A model generated the notes under the pieces. That model did no database searches. It saw nothing but the letters and a program-made list of their open reading frames with translations, and was not told where the DNA came from. Both the position numbers and the translations under genes were made by a program. DNA of 63,840 nucleotides, counting the filler. It is 12 parts of 12 records of this genome, joined end to end, with 100 filler letters (N's around TTAATTAATTAA, not from the genome) between each part and the next. Parts side by side here need not be neighbours in the genome. Positions count along the whole stretch, not along the records: positions 44,423 to 48,974 come from SRR11831586_1338; positions 49,075 to 51,271 come from SRR11831586_1346; positions 51,372 to 58,667 come from SRR11831586_1351; positions 58,768 to 61,736 come from SRR11831586_1352; 8 more parts are not named here. One strand, 5' to 3'. This document shows, one piece after another, positions 46,707 through 60,305 of this stretch; the stretch's first letter is position 1; each line of letters starts with the position of its first letter.

Positions 46707-48641
46707 ATGTTTCAGGACAACCCGCTGCTAGCGCAGCTTAAACAGCAACTGCATTCCCAGACGCCACGCGCTGAAGGGGTGGTAAAAGCCACAGAAAAAG
46801 GCTTTGGCTTCCTGGAAGTCGACGCGCAAAAAAGTTATTTCATTCCGCCGCCGCAGATGAAAAAAGTCATGCATGGCGACCGAATTATCGCGGTGATCCA
46901 CAGTGAAAAAGAACGTGAATCCGCAGAGCCAGAAGAACTGGTTGAACCGTTCCTGACTCGTTTCGTGGGTAAGGTTCAGGGCAAAAATGACCGTCTGGCC
47001 ATCGTTCCTGATCATCCACTCTTAAAAGACGCCATTCCTTGCCGCGCAGCCCGTGGCCTGAACCACGAGTTTAAAGAAGGCGACTGGGCGGTTGCCGAAA
47101 TGCGCCGTCATCCGCTGAAAGGCGATCGTTCTTTCTATGCAGAACTGACACAATACATCACTTTTGGTGACGATCACTTTGTACCGTGGTGGGTTACCCT
47201 TGCACGCCATAATCTGGAAAAAGAAGCACCAGACGGCGTCGCTACCGAAATGCTCGATGAAGGTCTGGTTCGTGAAGATCTGACCGCGCTGGATTTTGTC
47301 ACCATCGACAGTGCCAGCACAGAAGATATGGATGACGCCCTTTTCGCTAAGGCGTTGCCGGATGACAAACTTCAGCTGATTGTGGCGATTGCCGATCCAA
47401 CCGCGTGGATTGCTGAAGGCAGCAAGCTGGACAAAGCCGCGAAAATTCGCGCATTCACCAACTATCTGCCTGGCTTCAACATCCCTATGCTGCCTCGCGA
47501 GCTTTCTGACGATCTCTGCTCACTGCGCGCCAATGAAGTCCGCCCGGTACTGGCATGCCGCATGACGCTCTCCGCTGATGGCACCATTGAAGATAATATC
47601 GAATTCTTTGCCGCCACCATCGAATCCAAAGCAAAGCTGGTGTATGACCAGGTTTCTGACTGGCTGGAAAATACCGGTGACTGGCAGCCTGAAAGTGAAG
47701 CAATTGCCGAACAAGTCCGTTTGCTAGCGCAAATTTGCCAACGCCGCGGCGAGTGGCGTCATAACCACGCACTGGTGTTTAAAGATCGCCCGGATTACCG
47801 CTTTATTCTCGGTGAAAAAGGTGAAGTGCTGGATATCGTCGCCGAGCCTCGTCGCATTGCCAACCGTATCGTCGAAGAAGCGATGATTGCCGCTAACATT
47901 TGTGCGGCCCGCGTACTGCGCGATAAGCTCGGTTTTGGCATCTATAACGTGCATATGGGCTTTGATCCGGCGAATGCCGACGCGCTGGCAGCGTTGCTGA
48001 AAACGCACGGTCTGCATGTCGATGCCGAAGAAGTGCTCACGCTGGACGGTTTCTGCAAACTGCGTCGTGAACTGGACGCGCAACCAACTGGTTTCCTCGA
48101 CAGCCGCATTCGTCGCTTCCAGTCATTTGCTGAAATTAGCACTGAACCCGGTCCTCACTTTGGCCTCGGTCTGGAAGCATACGCCACCTGGACTTCGCCG
48201 ATCCGTAAATATGGCGACATGATCAACCACCGTCTGCTGAAAGCGGTTATCAAAGGCGAAACTGCGACGCGCCCACAGGATGAAATCACTGTCCAAATGG
48301 CCGAGCGTCGCCGTCTCAACCGGATGGCAGAACGTGATGTTGGTGACTGGTTATACGCACGCTTCCTGAAAGACAAAGCCGGGACCGACACCCGTTTCGC
48401 AGCGGAAATTGTCGATATCAGCCGTGGCGGCATGCGTGTTCGTTTGGTTGATAACGGCGCTATCGCCTTTATTCCGGCACCTTTCTTACACGCTGTGCGC
48501 GATGAACTGGTTTGCAGCCAGGAAAACGGCACTGTACAAATTAAAGGTGAAACGGTTTACAAAGTGACTGACGTTATTGACGTCACTATTGCCGAAGTCC
48601 GCATGGAAACCCGCAGCATTATTGCGCGCCCGGTCGCGTAA
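46707..48641 (+). CDS. rnb: Exoribonuclease II
   Basis: [22 protein letters not shown]. Confidence 0.99.
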
Positions 48642-48650
48642 TCTCCTTTC

Positions 48651-48683
48651 ACGGCCCATTCCTCATGGATGGGCCGTTTATTT
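48651..48683 (+). terminator. Terminator after rnb
   Basis: acggcccattcctcatggatgggccgt followed by T-rich tail. Confidence 0.75.
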
Positions 48684-48876
48684 CCCCGCTCTACCTTCGT
48701 TATATCCAGGCAGATTTTTTAACTGACTTTCGTTTGAAAACTGGCGTTTTTCCAAAACTGGATTACAAATAAATATATAAAAAAAACAATGCGTTTAGCC
48801 GCCGTTAATTTCATGTAAGTCATGTTGTTCCTTTTATTTAACCGCGGACTCCGCTGTTAACCGGAGGATATGCATC

Positions 48877-48974
48877 ATGAAAACCGTTAGGGAGTCCACA
48901 ACGTTGTACAACTTTCTCGGATCGCACAATCCATACTGGCGGTTGACGGAAAGCAGCGATGTTTTGCGCTTTTC
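48877..48974 (+). CDS. pdeR: c-di-GMP phosphodiesterase PdeR (Gmr/YciR), 5' end only
   Basis: MKTVRESTTLYNFLGSHNPYWRL, synteny with rnb. Confidence 0.85.
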
Positions 48975-49074
48975 NNNNNNNNNNNNNNNNNNNNNNNNNN
49001 NNNNNNNNNNNNNNNNNNTTAATTAATTAANNNNNNNNNNNNNNNNNNNNNNNNNNNNNNNNNNNNNNNNNNNN

Positions 49075-51264
49075 GGAGCCTGCCACAATCCGGTCATAGT
49101 CCATTGCCTGTGTCAGCATGGAGGCATACAGGGGGACTTCTGCACGATAAGCATTTTCACTGCGCAGATACCAGCTCTCATCACTGTCCCGGTTGAGGGA
49201 GTAGTTAAAGGCACCGGCCTGCAGCCTGTTCCCCTGGACAAAGGCCCCTTCCTCCGTGGTGGCACCGTTAATGGCTTCCACCACCTGAATACCCTTACCG
49301 CTGGTCGCCAGCCCCGACGCACTGTTGCCGGCGTTCACCAGGTTCAGGATGGTTTTTCCGGTTGCCCTGCCGCCGTCAATGACCAGTCTGTCAGCATTGT
49401 TCTGTGCCATATCCGGGCGTACACGCAGGCTGATGGTGCCATTCTGTCCGTTCAGGTTTTTCACTTTCAGGGTTGCCGGTACGAACTTCCCTGTGCGGGT
49501 GGAGGTGAAATGAATCTGTCCGGCATGGCTGAGGTCATCCACCACCGACTGCACCGTGGCGTTATCGGGGATATTCCAGGTGGCACCGGAGGCGAGAGTG
49601 ACATTCGTGGGGTCAATGGCACCGTTCAGCACAGTGCTGCCGGTCAGCTTCAGGGCTGTACCGCGCTGAGCAATGACATCCGTGGTGACGGTACTGTCGT
49701 TCAGCGTCAGCGTGCCTTCATTCAGGTTGACGGCTTTCTGGGTGAGTGTGGTGTTGCTGACAGTGAGTGTGCCACTTCCTGATTTTTCCACGCTGCCGTT
49801 ACCGGTGAGAGAGCCTCCCTGCAGGAGTGCATCGCCTTCACGGATGGTCAGGGTATCGTTGTTCACCGTCTTCCCGGAAAGGGTAAGTATGGCGCCGTTA
49901 TTCAGCGTGGTGGTGCCCGCCAGTGTGCCGCCCCTGGCGGTGAACAGTCCGCCATTTACCGTGGTATCCGTGGCCGTATCACCGGCGTTCAGCGTGAATG
50001 AACTGCCTTTTTCCAGCATCAGGGCATCCGCCTGACCGCCTCCGATACTGAATGCCTTTCCGTCGCTCCGGGTACCACTGACAGCGGCACCGGAATCGGC
50101 CAGCAGTACACCGCCATTTCCCATGGATACGGTGGTGGCGGTGCCACCGTTGCGGACATCCAGCGTTCCGCCATCATCCACGCGGGTATTAGTGGCTGTG
50201 TGTCCGGTCAGCACATCCAGGCGTCCGCCATTTTCCAGTACGACATTATCAGCTTTACCCTCCACAACAGAGAATGCTCCCAGGCGGTTTATGCCGGTAA
50301 CGGTTGCAGCCGTACTGGTAACCAGTGCGCCGCCCTGCTTCAGGGTGACATTCGTGGCTGTACCACCGGCGTCCACCTGCAGTCTGCCCTTCTGATTAAC
50401 GGTGGTATTCCCGGCCACACCCCCGTTTTTGACAATCTGCCAGCCGTCACTGTTCACAACAGTGTCAGACGCTGTACCGCCGTTGTGCACATACTGGTAT
50501 CCCCCATTCAGCGTGGTATCCAGTGCGTGACCATGTACAGTCTGGTCGCCGCCGGCATAAACCACAGTGGTATTTGCCGTTCCTTCAGCTCTCACAATCT
50601 GGCGACCGTTTTTATTGATGGTTGTGCGTACGGCATCCCCGCGAACAAACTGCCCGGTATCACCGTTTTCTGCATCCGGTCCCCCTTCCGCCCCGGTATT
50701 AACAACGGTATCCGTTGCCACTGTACCGGGCTTGACGACCTGCCAGCCCTTATCATTAATGACGGTTCCTGTGGCTATCGCCCCCTCATGCATCCACTGT
50801 TCGCCACCATTCAGCGTGGTGTTCACAGCCCGTCCCTGAAGGCTCTGTCCGCCTCCGGCACTGATAACCGTGTCTGAGACACTTCCACCGGGGTTCACTC
50901 TCTGAAGACCACCACTGGTGACAGTCGTTTTGTTGGCTGTTCCGCCATCCTGTACCCATTGCCCGCCGGTATTGGCCTCGTTATCCGGCCCATACTCCAG
51001 CCCGGTACTGATGGTCATTCCGTTGGTCGTACCGAAGACAATCTGGTTGTCATGATTTGCCAGTGTTCCGCCGTTCACGGTTTCTCCCGGGTGCACAACG
51101 ATGTCAGCAGCCAGCACCGGGAGTGACGTGACTGCGGCAAGAGACAGTGCAACCGCCACACCGCCACGTTTACCCCGTGCGCGGGCCAGTTCGGAGGCAA
51201 CCACGAAAGCGCCCGTCATGTGATTCCATACCAGCCTGTAGCAGGTATTCAGATGTCGTTTCAT
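49075..51264 (-). CDS. flu: Antigen 43 autotransporter, signal and passenger portion (3' end cut)
   Basis: MKRHLNTCYRLVWNH extended signal peptide, beta-helix repeats. Confidence 0.97.
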
Positions 51265-51371
51265 CAGCTTTNNNNNNNNNNNNNNNNNNNNNNNNNNNNN
51301 NNNNNNNNNNNNNNNTTAATTAATTAANNNNNNNNNNNNNNNNNNNNNNNNNNNNNNNNNNNNNNNNNNNN

Positions 51372-51414
51372 GGAAATTTAAAATAATTTTCTGACCGCGC
51401 AACATTCAACCAAA
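51372..51414 (-). promoter_or_regulatory. rrnB P1 upstream region (Fis site I and UP element); the contig ends before the -35 box
   Basis: Minus strand reads TTTGGTTGAATGTTGCGCGGTCAGAAAATTATTTTAAATTTCC downstream of murI. Confidence 0.9.
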
Positions 51415-52272
51415 TCAGCCTAAAACTGCCAGTTTTTCGAGCGTTTCGAAGCCGTAACGCTGTAAAACGGGCAATAATTGTTCAGCTCCTGGCGTCATTG
51501 CCATACAAAAGGCAATATTCGCATCGGCAGATTTTGCATCCGGGGCTTCATGTTCTAACAACCAGGCCGTTCGGCGAGCAATCGCTGCGCCAGAATCCAC
51601 CAGCCGGGTTCCCTCTGGCAGCACTTGTAACAGTTCTTCTTGTAGTAGAGGGAAATGGGTGCAACCCAATACAACGGTATCTGGCGGCTCTTTCATTCTT
51701 AACCACGGGCGTAGGATACGTTTTAGTGCATCCAGAGAAACATCTTCGCCATGTAGCTTCGCTTCAGCCAACTCAACCATCTCTGCCGAGCCCAGCATTT
51801 CTATCTGGCATTCATTAGCGAAACGCGCGATCAGCTCATGAGTATAAGAACGTTTAACTGTTCCGCGGGTTGCCAGTAATCCGACAATGCCATTTGCCGT
51901 CAGACGTGCAGCAGGTTTAATCGCCGGCACGACACCAACAACCGGGAAGTCGAACTTTTCGCGTAATGCAGGAAGTGAAACGGTACTGGCAGTGTTGCAA
52001 GCGACCACAGCCAGCGCAAGGGGATAACGTTCTTGCACCGCGGTGACAATTGCCACCACTCGCTCAACAATAAACGCTTCGCTTTTTTCGCCATACGGGA
52101 AAGCGACGTTATCGAAAGCATAAATGTAATGGAGATCCGGTAAGAGATGCCGGATCTCGTCATAGACCGACAACCCACCGACGCCGGAGTCAAACACCAG
52201 CACGGTGGGACGTGGTTCAGAAGGTGTAGCTGCCAGACAAGGTGTATTCCCGTCCTGCAGTTTGGTAGCCAT
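51415..52272 (-). CDS. murI: Glutamate racemase
   Basis: [22 protein letters not shown]; overlaps the btuB 3' end. Confidence 0.98.
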   Translation of the reverse strand: MATKLQDGNTPCLAATPSEPRPTVLVFDSGVGGLSVYDEIRHLLPDLHYIYAFDNVAFPYGEKSEAFIVERVVAIVTAVQERYPLALAVVACNTASTVSLPALREKFDFPVVGVVPAIKPAARLTANGIVGLLATRGTVKRSYTHELIARFANECQIEMLGSAEMVELAEAKLHGEDVSLDALKRILRPWLRMKEPPDTVVLGCTHFPLLQEELLQVLPEGTRLVDSGAAIARRTAWLLEHEAPDAKSADANIAFCMAMTPGAEQLLPVLQRYGFETLEKLAVLG

Positions 52273-54061
52273 AGACTGTCTCATAATCTTTGTCGAACAG
52301 GTTGGCTATTTTACCACGAACTGTCAGGTGAGAGGTGACCGGATACGCAACCGCAAGATCCCACAAGCTCACACCGCCCATTTTAACGGTTTGATAAGGA
52401 TAAGATGAGTAATCCTTATCATAGCGAGTGCCTAAATACTGATAAGTAATACCCCAGTCGAAGTCATACAACTGCCAGTCGAGCTGGTATTTCACCTGCT
52501 GTTTAGCACGGCGTAACAACGGCGTGTCGGTAATCGCATTGCGCGCATCGACATAATCATAACTCACAGTATGCGTCAGTGGTCCGGTATCAAAATTGGC
52601 GGTCGCCTCGACGCCCTTAATCCGCGCTTTCCCTTCGTTGTAATATTTCAGGGTGTGATCATCATAATCGATCAAGTCACTGACATCGTTACGATATCCG
52701 GAAATACGCCAGTTCACCCCAGCGGTTAAGCCTTCAAACGCGCCTTCCCACTGTTTGCTTTTCTCCGGGTCCAGATTCGGATTTCCGTAGAAGCCATACA
52801 GTTGCCCCAGATTTGGTGCCTTATAAGATGTCCCGTAGGAAGCAATGAAGCGATAACCTTCGATGAATTCCCAACCGGCGCTGGTTTGCCAGGTTCCATG
52901 ACGACCAAACTGTGAGTTATCGTCACTGCGTGCTGCGCCTTCAAAGGTAAAATCGCCGACTTGTTGCAGCCCGGTCAGATAGATGCCGGTATTACGTTGA
53001 TCATATCCATCCTCAACATAACCTGTACCCGGCGTCGTAGTCTGTTTCTGCCAGTCGACACCCGCACCAATACTACCGTGACCAACGATGACATTGTTTG
53101 CCCACTGGACGGTGTATTGCTTCATCTCATCGAGCGTCGCCGACGAATCATAACGACCATAATGGGGATCGTAGTTGTAATCTTTGCTATGGCTATAGCT
53201 GGTAATGAGTTGTGATTTAATCAGTTCGCCGTTATAGCGCAGCCCGGCGTCCCAACTTTGGCTATAGAGTTTACGGGTATCGAGCAACGGTGAACCGGGA
53301 GAATAATACGCGTCATAATTGGTACGGTTATCATAGCCATAGCCGCGCACAAAGCCGCTCCAGGCATCAGTAAAGTTATGCTCCAGCGCGCCATAAAGCG
53401 TTTTACTTAAAAAACCATCGTTATCTGTCTGCGCTTGCGTTCCGGTATTACCATAGGCAACAACATCATAACCATGAGTATGGGCATAATCGCCCAACAG
53501 CGTTACCCGTGTCTTATCCCCCAGTTGTTGCTGCGTAGAGACATCATAGTTCTGATAACTATTGCTTCCCCACCCTGCTGAAATTTCCGTTCCGGGTTCA
53601 TCGCGCGTCGTGATGATATTCACCACCCCGCCTATTGCATCGGAACCATAAACAGCGGAGCGCGGCCCACGGATATATTCAACACGCTGGACAAGCGCAA
53701 TAGGGAACTGGCTAAGGTCGGCAGAACCACTCACCCCCGCCAGATTCAGGCGTACGCCATCAATTAACACCAACACATGACTGGCATTTGTACCGCGAAT
53801 AAAAATAGATGAGAGCTGACCTGAACCGCCGTTTTGGGTGATATCGACGCCCGGAAGACGGCGCAGCACATCATTGACCGAGGTCGACTGCCAGCGGTCG
53901 ATATCCTGACGGGTCACAACGGTGGTTGGTGCAAGCACAGTGCTGCGCGGCTGTTCAAAACGGTTAGCAGTAACGACGAGAGTATCCGGGCTGGTATCCT
54001 GTGCCCAAGCGGAAAATGCCGTGACGGAACACGCCGTCAGCAGCGAAGCTTTTTTAATCAT
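52217..54061 (-). CDS. btuB: TonB-dependent vitamin B12 receptor
   Basis: TonB box [10 protein letters not shown]-terminal Phe, 614 aa. Confidence 0.99.
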   Translation of the reverse strand: MIKKASLLTACSVTAFSAWAQDTSPDTLVVTANRFEQPRSTVLAPTTVVTRQDIDRWQSTSVNDVLRRLPGVDITQNGGSGQLSSIFIRGTNASHVLVLIDGVRLNLAGVSGSADLSQFPIALVQRVEYIRGPRSAVYGSDAIGGVVNIITTRDEPGTEISAGWGSNSYQNYDVSTQQQLGDKTRVTLLGDYAHTHGYDVVAYGNTGTQAQTDNDGFLSKTLYGALEHNFTDAWSGFVRGYGYDNRTNYDAYYSPGSPLLDTRKLYSQSWDAGLRYNGELIKSQLITSYSHSKDYNYDPHYGRYDSSATLDEMKQYTVQWANNVIVGHGSIGAGVDWQKQTTTPGTGYVEDGYDQRNTGIYLTGLQQVGDFTFEGAARSDDNSQFGRHGTWQTSAGWEFIEGYRFIASYGTSYKAPNLGQLYGFYGNPNLDPEKSKQWEGAFEGLTAGVNWRISGYRNDVSDLIDYDDHTLKYYNEGKARIKGVEATANFDTGPLTHTVSYDYVDARNAITDTPLLRRAKQQVKYQLDWQLYDFDWGITYQYLGTRYDKDYSSYPYQTVKMGGVSLWDLAVAYPVTSHLTVRGKIANLFDKDYETVYGYQTAGREYTLSGSYTF

Positions 54062-54099
54062 TGTAAAGCATCCACAATAGAAGAAGGATGCCGCAGGTT

Positions 54100-54301
54100 T
54101 CATCAATATTACGCGATGATGAGAACCAGATGCGACGTTGGCCGGCAGGTCTTCGGGCTTGGAGGGGTATCTAAGATACTAAGAGATGATGACTTCCCAC
54201 CGAATGGCAGTGTCCGCATAACGCAATCATCGCACCTTTCCTTACCGCTGCGCGTCAGCTCCAGATTCGCACTGGATTCCCTATTAACTCACAGGACCGG
54301 C
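54100..54301 (-). ncRNA. Adenosylcobalamin riboswitch (btuB leader)
   Basis: Minus strand GCCGGTCCTGTGAGTTAATAGGGAATCCAGTGCGAATCTGGAGCTG...GCCATTCGGTGGGAAG...CCCGAAGACCTGCC. Confidence 0.95.
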
Positions 54302-54429
54302 AAGTGGATGCTACAGGTTGTAACAAGTTACTGTCCAGACGTAGCTCACAAATAGGAATTCATCAAGATCTGGACATCTGATGAGCAATCCCTACAATCG
54401 CCGCGTACTTTAATTTTTCAGGATACATC

Positions 54430-55530
54430 ATGACCCCCGAACACCTTCCAACAGAACAGTATGAAGCGCAGTTAGCCGAAAAAGTGGTACGTTTGCAAAG
54501 TATGATGGCACCGTTTTCTGACCTGGTTCCGGAAGTGTTTCGCTCGCCGGTCAGTCATTACCGGATGCGCGCGGAGTTCCGCATCTGGCACGATGGCGAT
54601 GACCTGTATCACATCATTTTCGATCAACAAACCAAAAGCCGCATCCGCGTGGATAGCTTCCCCGCCGCCAGTGAACTTATCAACCAGTTGATGACGGCGA
54701 TGATTGCGGGTGTGCGTAATAATCCCGTTCTGCGCCACAAGTTGTTCCAGATTGATTACCTCACTACACTGAGTAATCAGGCGGTGGTTTCCCTGCTATA
54801 CCATAAGAAGCTGGATGATGAGTGGCGTCAGGAAGCGGAGGCCCTGCGCGATGCACTGCGCGCGCAGAATCTGAATGTGCATCTGATTGGTCGGGCAACG
54901 AAAACCAAAATCGAGCTGGATCAGGATTACATCGATGAACGTCTGCCGGTCGCAGGGAAAGAGATGATCTACCGTCAGGTAGAAAACAGCTTTACCCAGC
55001 CGAACGCGGCGATGAATATTCAGATGCTGGAATGGGCGCTGGACGTAACCAAAGGCTCAAAAGGCGATTTACTGGAGCTGTACTGCGGCAACGGTAACTT
55101 TTCATTAGCGCTGGCGCGTAATTTTGATCGGGTATTAGCCACCGAAATCGCTAAGCCGTCGGTTGCTGCTGCGCAATACAACATCGCAGCTAACCATATT
55201 GATAACGTACAAATTATTCGTATGGCGGCAGAAGAATTTACTCAGGCGATGAATGGTGTGCGCGAGTTTAACCGCCTGCAAGGGATCGACTTAAAGAGTT
55301 ATCAGTGCGAAACCATTTTTGTCGACCCTCCGCGCAGCGGTCTGGACAGTGAAACCGAGAAAATGGTGCAGGCGTATCCGCGTATTTTGTACATCTCCTG
55401 TAACCCGGAAACGTTATGCAAGAATCTGGAAACATTAAGCCAGACGCACAAGGTCGAACGTCTGGCTCTGTTTGATCAGTTCCCCTACACGCACCATATG
55501 GAGTGCGGCGTATTACTGACCGCGAAGTAA
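54430..55530 (+). CDS. trmA: tRNA m5U54 methyltransferase
   Basis: [21 protein letters not shown]. Confidence 0.98.
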
Positions 55531-55569
55531 AACCCATGCCGGATGCGCCAGCATCCGGCATAATACCGA

Positions 55570-55929
55570 TTACTCAGCAACTTCCTGCTTACGGTTACGC
55601 ATCTTCGCGCCAATCCAGAACACCATAATGACGGAGAGTACTGCCGGGAAGAAGTTAGAGCCGATATCCGGATATTCCGCACGAACTACCGTGCTGTACA
55701 GCAGTACGCCGAGAATAAAACAGGCAGCTGCCAGACCCGGCAAGCCTACCGGCATAGTGCGATTAAGATAACGTTGATGCAGGCAGTAAACCGTCAGCAC
55801 CAGGGAAATAATCGGGAATACAGAAAATGGCACAATGGAGCTAAACAGCGCTGCGAAAGTACCATTAATCGATAAGCCAGCAACTAACGCCAGCAGCAGC
55901 GTACCTCTATCTTGATTTGCTTGTTTCAT
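55570..55929 (-). CDS. yijD: Inner membrane protein YijD
   Basis: 119 aa hydrophobic protein, coupled to fabR. Confidence 0.93.
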
Positions 55930-56576
55930 TACTCGTCCTTCACATTTCCCGGAATAATTGCGGTTTTCTCTTGTTCACGGCGATACCAGTAATAAGCCCC
56001 TTTCGAAATCATTCGCAGTTGCAGTACCAGTCGCTCTTCTAATTGCCGACGTTGTTCGACGCCGACGTCCAACGCCTCGGCACCCGCACTGAAGACAATT
56101 GTCACCATTGCTTCGGCTTGCGCTTCAGTAAACGCACGCGGCATATGGTTTTCGAGTTCCAGATAGTCCGCAAGTTCCGCAATGAAGTGCTGAATTTCAC
56201 GCGCAACGGCGGCACGAAACGCAGCGGAGGTGCCGGAGCGTTCCCGCAATAATAACCGGAAGGCGTTAGGATTATTACCGATGAACTCCATAAATGTGGA
56301 GACCGAGGTGCGGATCACACTCCCGCCTTTGGCGATACGCTGACGCGCCTGGCGCATGAGTTGGCGTAGCATTAAACCGCTCTCATCAACCATGGTCAGA
56401 CCCAGTTCGTCTACGTCGCGGAAATGCCGATAAAAAGAGGTGGGAGCAATGCCCGCTTCACGCGCCACTTCACGCAAACTCAGGCTGGCGAAGCTGCGTT
56501 CAGCACTTAATTGGCTAAATGCGGCTTCCACCAGCGAACGGCGGGTTTTTTCTTTTTGTTGCGCTCTTACGCCCAT
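55929..56576 (-). CDS. fabR: TetR-family repressor FabR
   Basis: [13 protein letters not shown], TetR HTH. Confidence 0.96.
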
Positions 56577-56909
56577 CACGATGTCTGAATCCTTGCCAAA
56601 AGTACTGCTGGCACTATACCAGAGAATGAACATACTGGATTGCTCCAGTATTGTGAATGAACGGTAACGCAATAAAACATATTTACTGCAATTCTTTGGC
56701 CGGTTCTTTTACGTACAGCGGAAACCTGCCGCTTAAACGGAGAGTATCGTCGATAAAAATCCAATAAAACGTCAGGGCAAAAGTAAGAAACAGACAAAGC
56801 AAAGGCCGCTCAGGATATAGCCAGATAAATGACGGGGATCAATTGGCTTACCCGCGATAAAATGTTACCATTCTGTTGCTTTTATGTATAAGAACAGGTA
56901 AGCCCTACC

Positions 56910-58310
56910 ATGCCACATTCCTACGATTACGATGCCATAGTAATAGGTTCCGGCCCCGGCGGCGAAGGCGCTGCAATGGGCCTGGTTAAGCAAGGTGCGC
57001 GCGTCGCAGTTATCGAGCGTTATCAAAATGTTGGCGGCGGTTGCACCCACTGGGGCACCATCCCGTCGAAAGCTCTCCGTCACGCCGTCAGCCGCATTAT
57101 AGAATTCAATCAAAACCCACTTTACAGCGACCATTCCCGACTGCTCCGCTCTTCTTTTGCCGATATCCTTAACCATGCCGATAACGTGATTAATCAACAA
57201 ACGCGCATGCGTCAGGGATTTTACGAACGTAATCACTGTGAAATATTGCAGGGAAACGCTCGCTTTGTTGACGAGCATACGTTGGCGCTGGATTGCCCGG
57301 ACGGCAGCGTTGAAACACTAACCGCTGAAAAATTTGTTATTGCCTGCGGCTCTCGTCCATATCATCCAACAGATGTTGATTTCACCCATCCACGCATTTA
57401 CGACAGCGACTCAATTCTCAGCATGCACCACGAACCGCGCCATGTACTTATCTATGGTGCTGGAGTGATCGGCTGTGAATATGCGTCGATCTTCCGCGGT
57501 ATGGATGTAAAAGTGGATCTGATCAACACCCGCGATCGCCTGTTGGCATTTCTCGATCAAGAGATGTCAGATTCTCTCTCCTATCACTTCTGGAACAGTG
57601 GCGTAGTGATTCGTCACAACGAAGAGTACGAGAAGATCGAAGGCTGTGACGATGGTGTGATCATGCATCTGAAGTCGGGTAAAAAACTGAAAGCTGACTG
57701 CCTGCTCTATGCCAACGGTCGCACCGGTAATACCGATTCGCTGGCGTTACAGAACATTGGGCTAGAAACTGACAGCCGCGGACAGCTGAAGGTCAACAGC
57801 ATGTATCAGACCGCACAGCCACACGTTTACGCGGTGGGCGACGTGATTGGTTATCCGAGCCTGGCGTCGGCGGCCTATGACCAGGGGCGCATTGCCGCGC
57901 AGGCGCTGGTAAAAGGCGAAGCCACCGCACATCTGATTGAAGATATCCCTACCGGTATTTACACCATCCCGGAAATCAGCTCTGTGGGCAAAACCGAACA
58001 GCAGCTGACCGCAATGAAAGTGCCATATGAAGTGGGCCGCGCCCAGTTTAAACATCTGGCACGCGCACAAATCGTCGGCATGAACGTGGGCACGCTGAAA
58101 ATTTTGTTCCATCGGGAAACAAAAGAGATTCTGGGTATTCACTGCTTTGGCGAGCGCGCTGCCGAAATTATTCATATCGGTCAGGCGATTATGGAACAGA
58201 AAGGTGGCGGCAACACTATTGAGTACTTCGTCAACACCACCTTTAACTACCCGACGATGGCGGAAGCCTATCGGGTAGCTGCGTTAAACGGTTTAAACCG
58301 CCTGTTTTAA
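56910..58310 (+). CDS. sthA: Soluble pyridine nucleotide transhydrogenase
   Basis: [19 protein letters not shown]. Confidence 0.98.
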
Positions 58311-58667
58311 AACTTTATCGAAATGGCCATCCATTCTTGCGCGGATGGCCTCTGCCAGCTGCTCATAGCGGCTGCGCAGCGGTGAGCCAGGACGATAAAC
58401 CAGGCCAATAGTGCGGCGTGGTTCCGGCTTAATGCACGGCAGATAAACAACCCCATCGCGTTTGCGCTCCGGCGGCACAGCCAGCGCTGGCAGTAAAGTG
58501 ATCCCGCTACCTGCCGCCACCATGTTGCGCAGAGTTTCCAGGCTGGTCGCGCGGAAGTGTGTATCTTCATCCGCCCCGGCTTCAAAACAGAAACCCATTG
58601 CCTGATCGCGCAAACAGTGACCATCTTCCAGCATCAGCAGTTTTTCCCCTGCCAGATCGGCCATCGG
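58293..58667 (-). CDS. oxyR: OxyR, C-terminal part
   Basis: [14 protein letters not shown] redox cysteines. Confidence 0.97.
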   Translation of the reverse strand, partial: PMADLAGEKLLMLEDGHCLRDQAMGFCFEAGADEDTHFRATSLETLRNMVAAGSGITLLPALAVPPERKRDGVVYLPCIKPEPRRTIGLVYRPGSPLRSRYEQLAEAIRARMDGHFDKVLKQAV

Positions 58668-58767
58668 NNNNNNNNNNNNNNNNNNNNNNNNNNNNNNNNN
58701 NNNNNNNNNNNTTAATTAATTAANNNNNNNNNNNNNNNNNNNNNNNNNNNNNNNNNNNNNNNNNNNN

Positions 58768-60305
58768 TGTCATCATCGTCAGCGCCTGTATCTGCGTCGG
58801 GCCCCTGCACATACTCGTCGTCGTCCTCAGCCTCCCCGTTGTTGTCTTCACGGGATGCGCTCACACGCCGTTGAGATAATATCATGGGACGCGTCTCCGC
58901 AAAACACGCTCTCTGAAAGAACGACTGGCTGGCTGCCATGCTTGTGAGCTGCTCGATGGTGCTGTGGAGCGACTCCAGCGCCGACGTGGTCACAATCGGC
59001 CGCTGGGTGCGCACCTTCGGGATCTTCCCTGCAAAGTCCCGGGTGGGTGTGGGGCGAGAACAGACCACGCCCGTACCTCGCTTGAACGGTGCACTCACCG
59101 CGCCCTCAACACTGTGGGCGTCCAGCGTGCACCACGGGTCATGCACGGCGGCTGCGCGTCGCACACGCACCGTCCGTGACGGCACAGCTGGTGGGGTCTG
59201 CGGCTCCTGCATGGCGGGGGCGCGCTCATCGTCGCTGGCACCAAACACAGGGCCCGCGTCCTCGTCGTCGTCGCTCTCAGCGTGTGCGGCTGCTGCACGT
59301 GCGGGCGTGTTGACCGCGGAGGGCACAAGAGGGGGCAGCAGCACGGTATGCGGGGCGGCGGCCGGTGTGCGCATGTTGAGCGCCATGTCCAGCGAGGCCG
59401 CGTTCTCCACGTCGAGTAAGAGGGCCCCGGACTCGTGCACAAAGGCGCTGCTGACCTGCGCTCGTGGTGTGAGGGAGCACCGGACGGACCAAGACGAACG
59501 CACCTTGAAGTCTTTCATCTGCTGTCCTTTCCCGAAATCTTCGTCCGCCCGCATCAGTGTCAGGGGGGTTCGGTGCATCGACGTTGTGCGTGTGATGGTG
59601 TCGCTGTCGTCGAGATCGATGTTGTCGCTCACTGTACATATGATATCCTGAGAATCTGTTCACAAGAGAACACAAGATCGCAGCAGAATGTAGACGCAAT
59701 AGAGTGCAGATGTTTCTTCAATCGCCCAGCGCAGTGCGAATACATCAACCCGCGTACATATCACGAACAAAGACATCGGAAACCCCCATACCACACGAAG
59801 TAGGATCACGTAATGTCCCAGCAGGTAGGGACGGTGCAAGCCTCTACTTTACACGAGGGCATACGCGCACGCACCTGTCATGCGGTCGTCGAGCACCAAC
59901 AGCTCAGGATCCGCGGCAAATTCGGCATCCGCATCTCTTCCCTGTTCATCGACAGAGGTTTGCTGCTTTTCCTTTCTGTGGTGACAGTGAGAGACAGGAT
60001 GGAGGACTTGTTAGTGTGCTGTGTACCGAGAGGGACAGATCATACCGCTTGTCCTCGATCAACTCGAGAGTATGGTGTACGAGTCCATACAGATACTCCA
60101 CCTTTTTGCTGTAGATGCAGGCGGTGCCTTGGATGAGAAGAGCTGCTTCGCTGAAATTGAGGTTGGTCTTGCCTCCATCAAACGAAAATATCAGGCCCTC
60201 AAGTTCTGTTAAATAATCCTCCAAATCGTGTGCGATATCAATGCTCCAGTTTTCCGCGAGATCGCGGATGGGCTGCAACAAATGTGCAAATCTATTCTCC
60301 TCCAT
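58768..60305 (-). CDS. NCAPH2: Eukaryotic condensin II kleisin subunit H2, N-terminal part
   Basis: [21 protein letters not shown]...[24 protein letters not shown]. Exons 60305-60046, 59975-59875, 59631-59504, 59455-59077, 59028-58768 (cut); phases are consistent. Confidence 0.92.

Noticed and set aside
52217..54301. btuB riboswitch and btuB-murI overlap
   Set aside because: Established E. coli features.
12504..58667. dam, flu and oxyR together as a phase-variation module
   Set aside because: They lie on separate contigs, and the flu promoter GATC sites are not in the window. The co-occurrence is a concatenation artefact.
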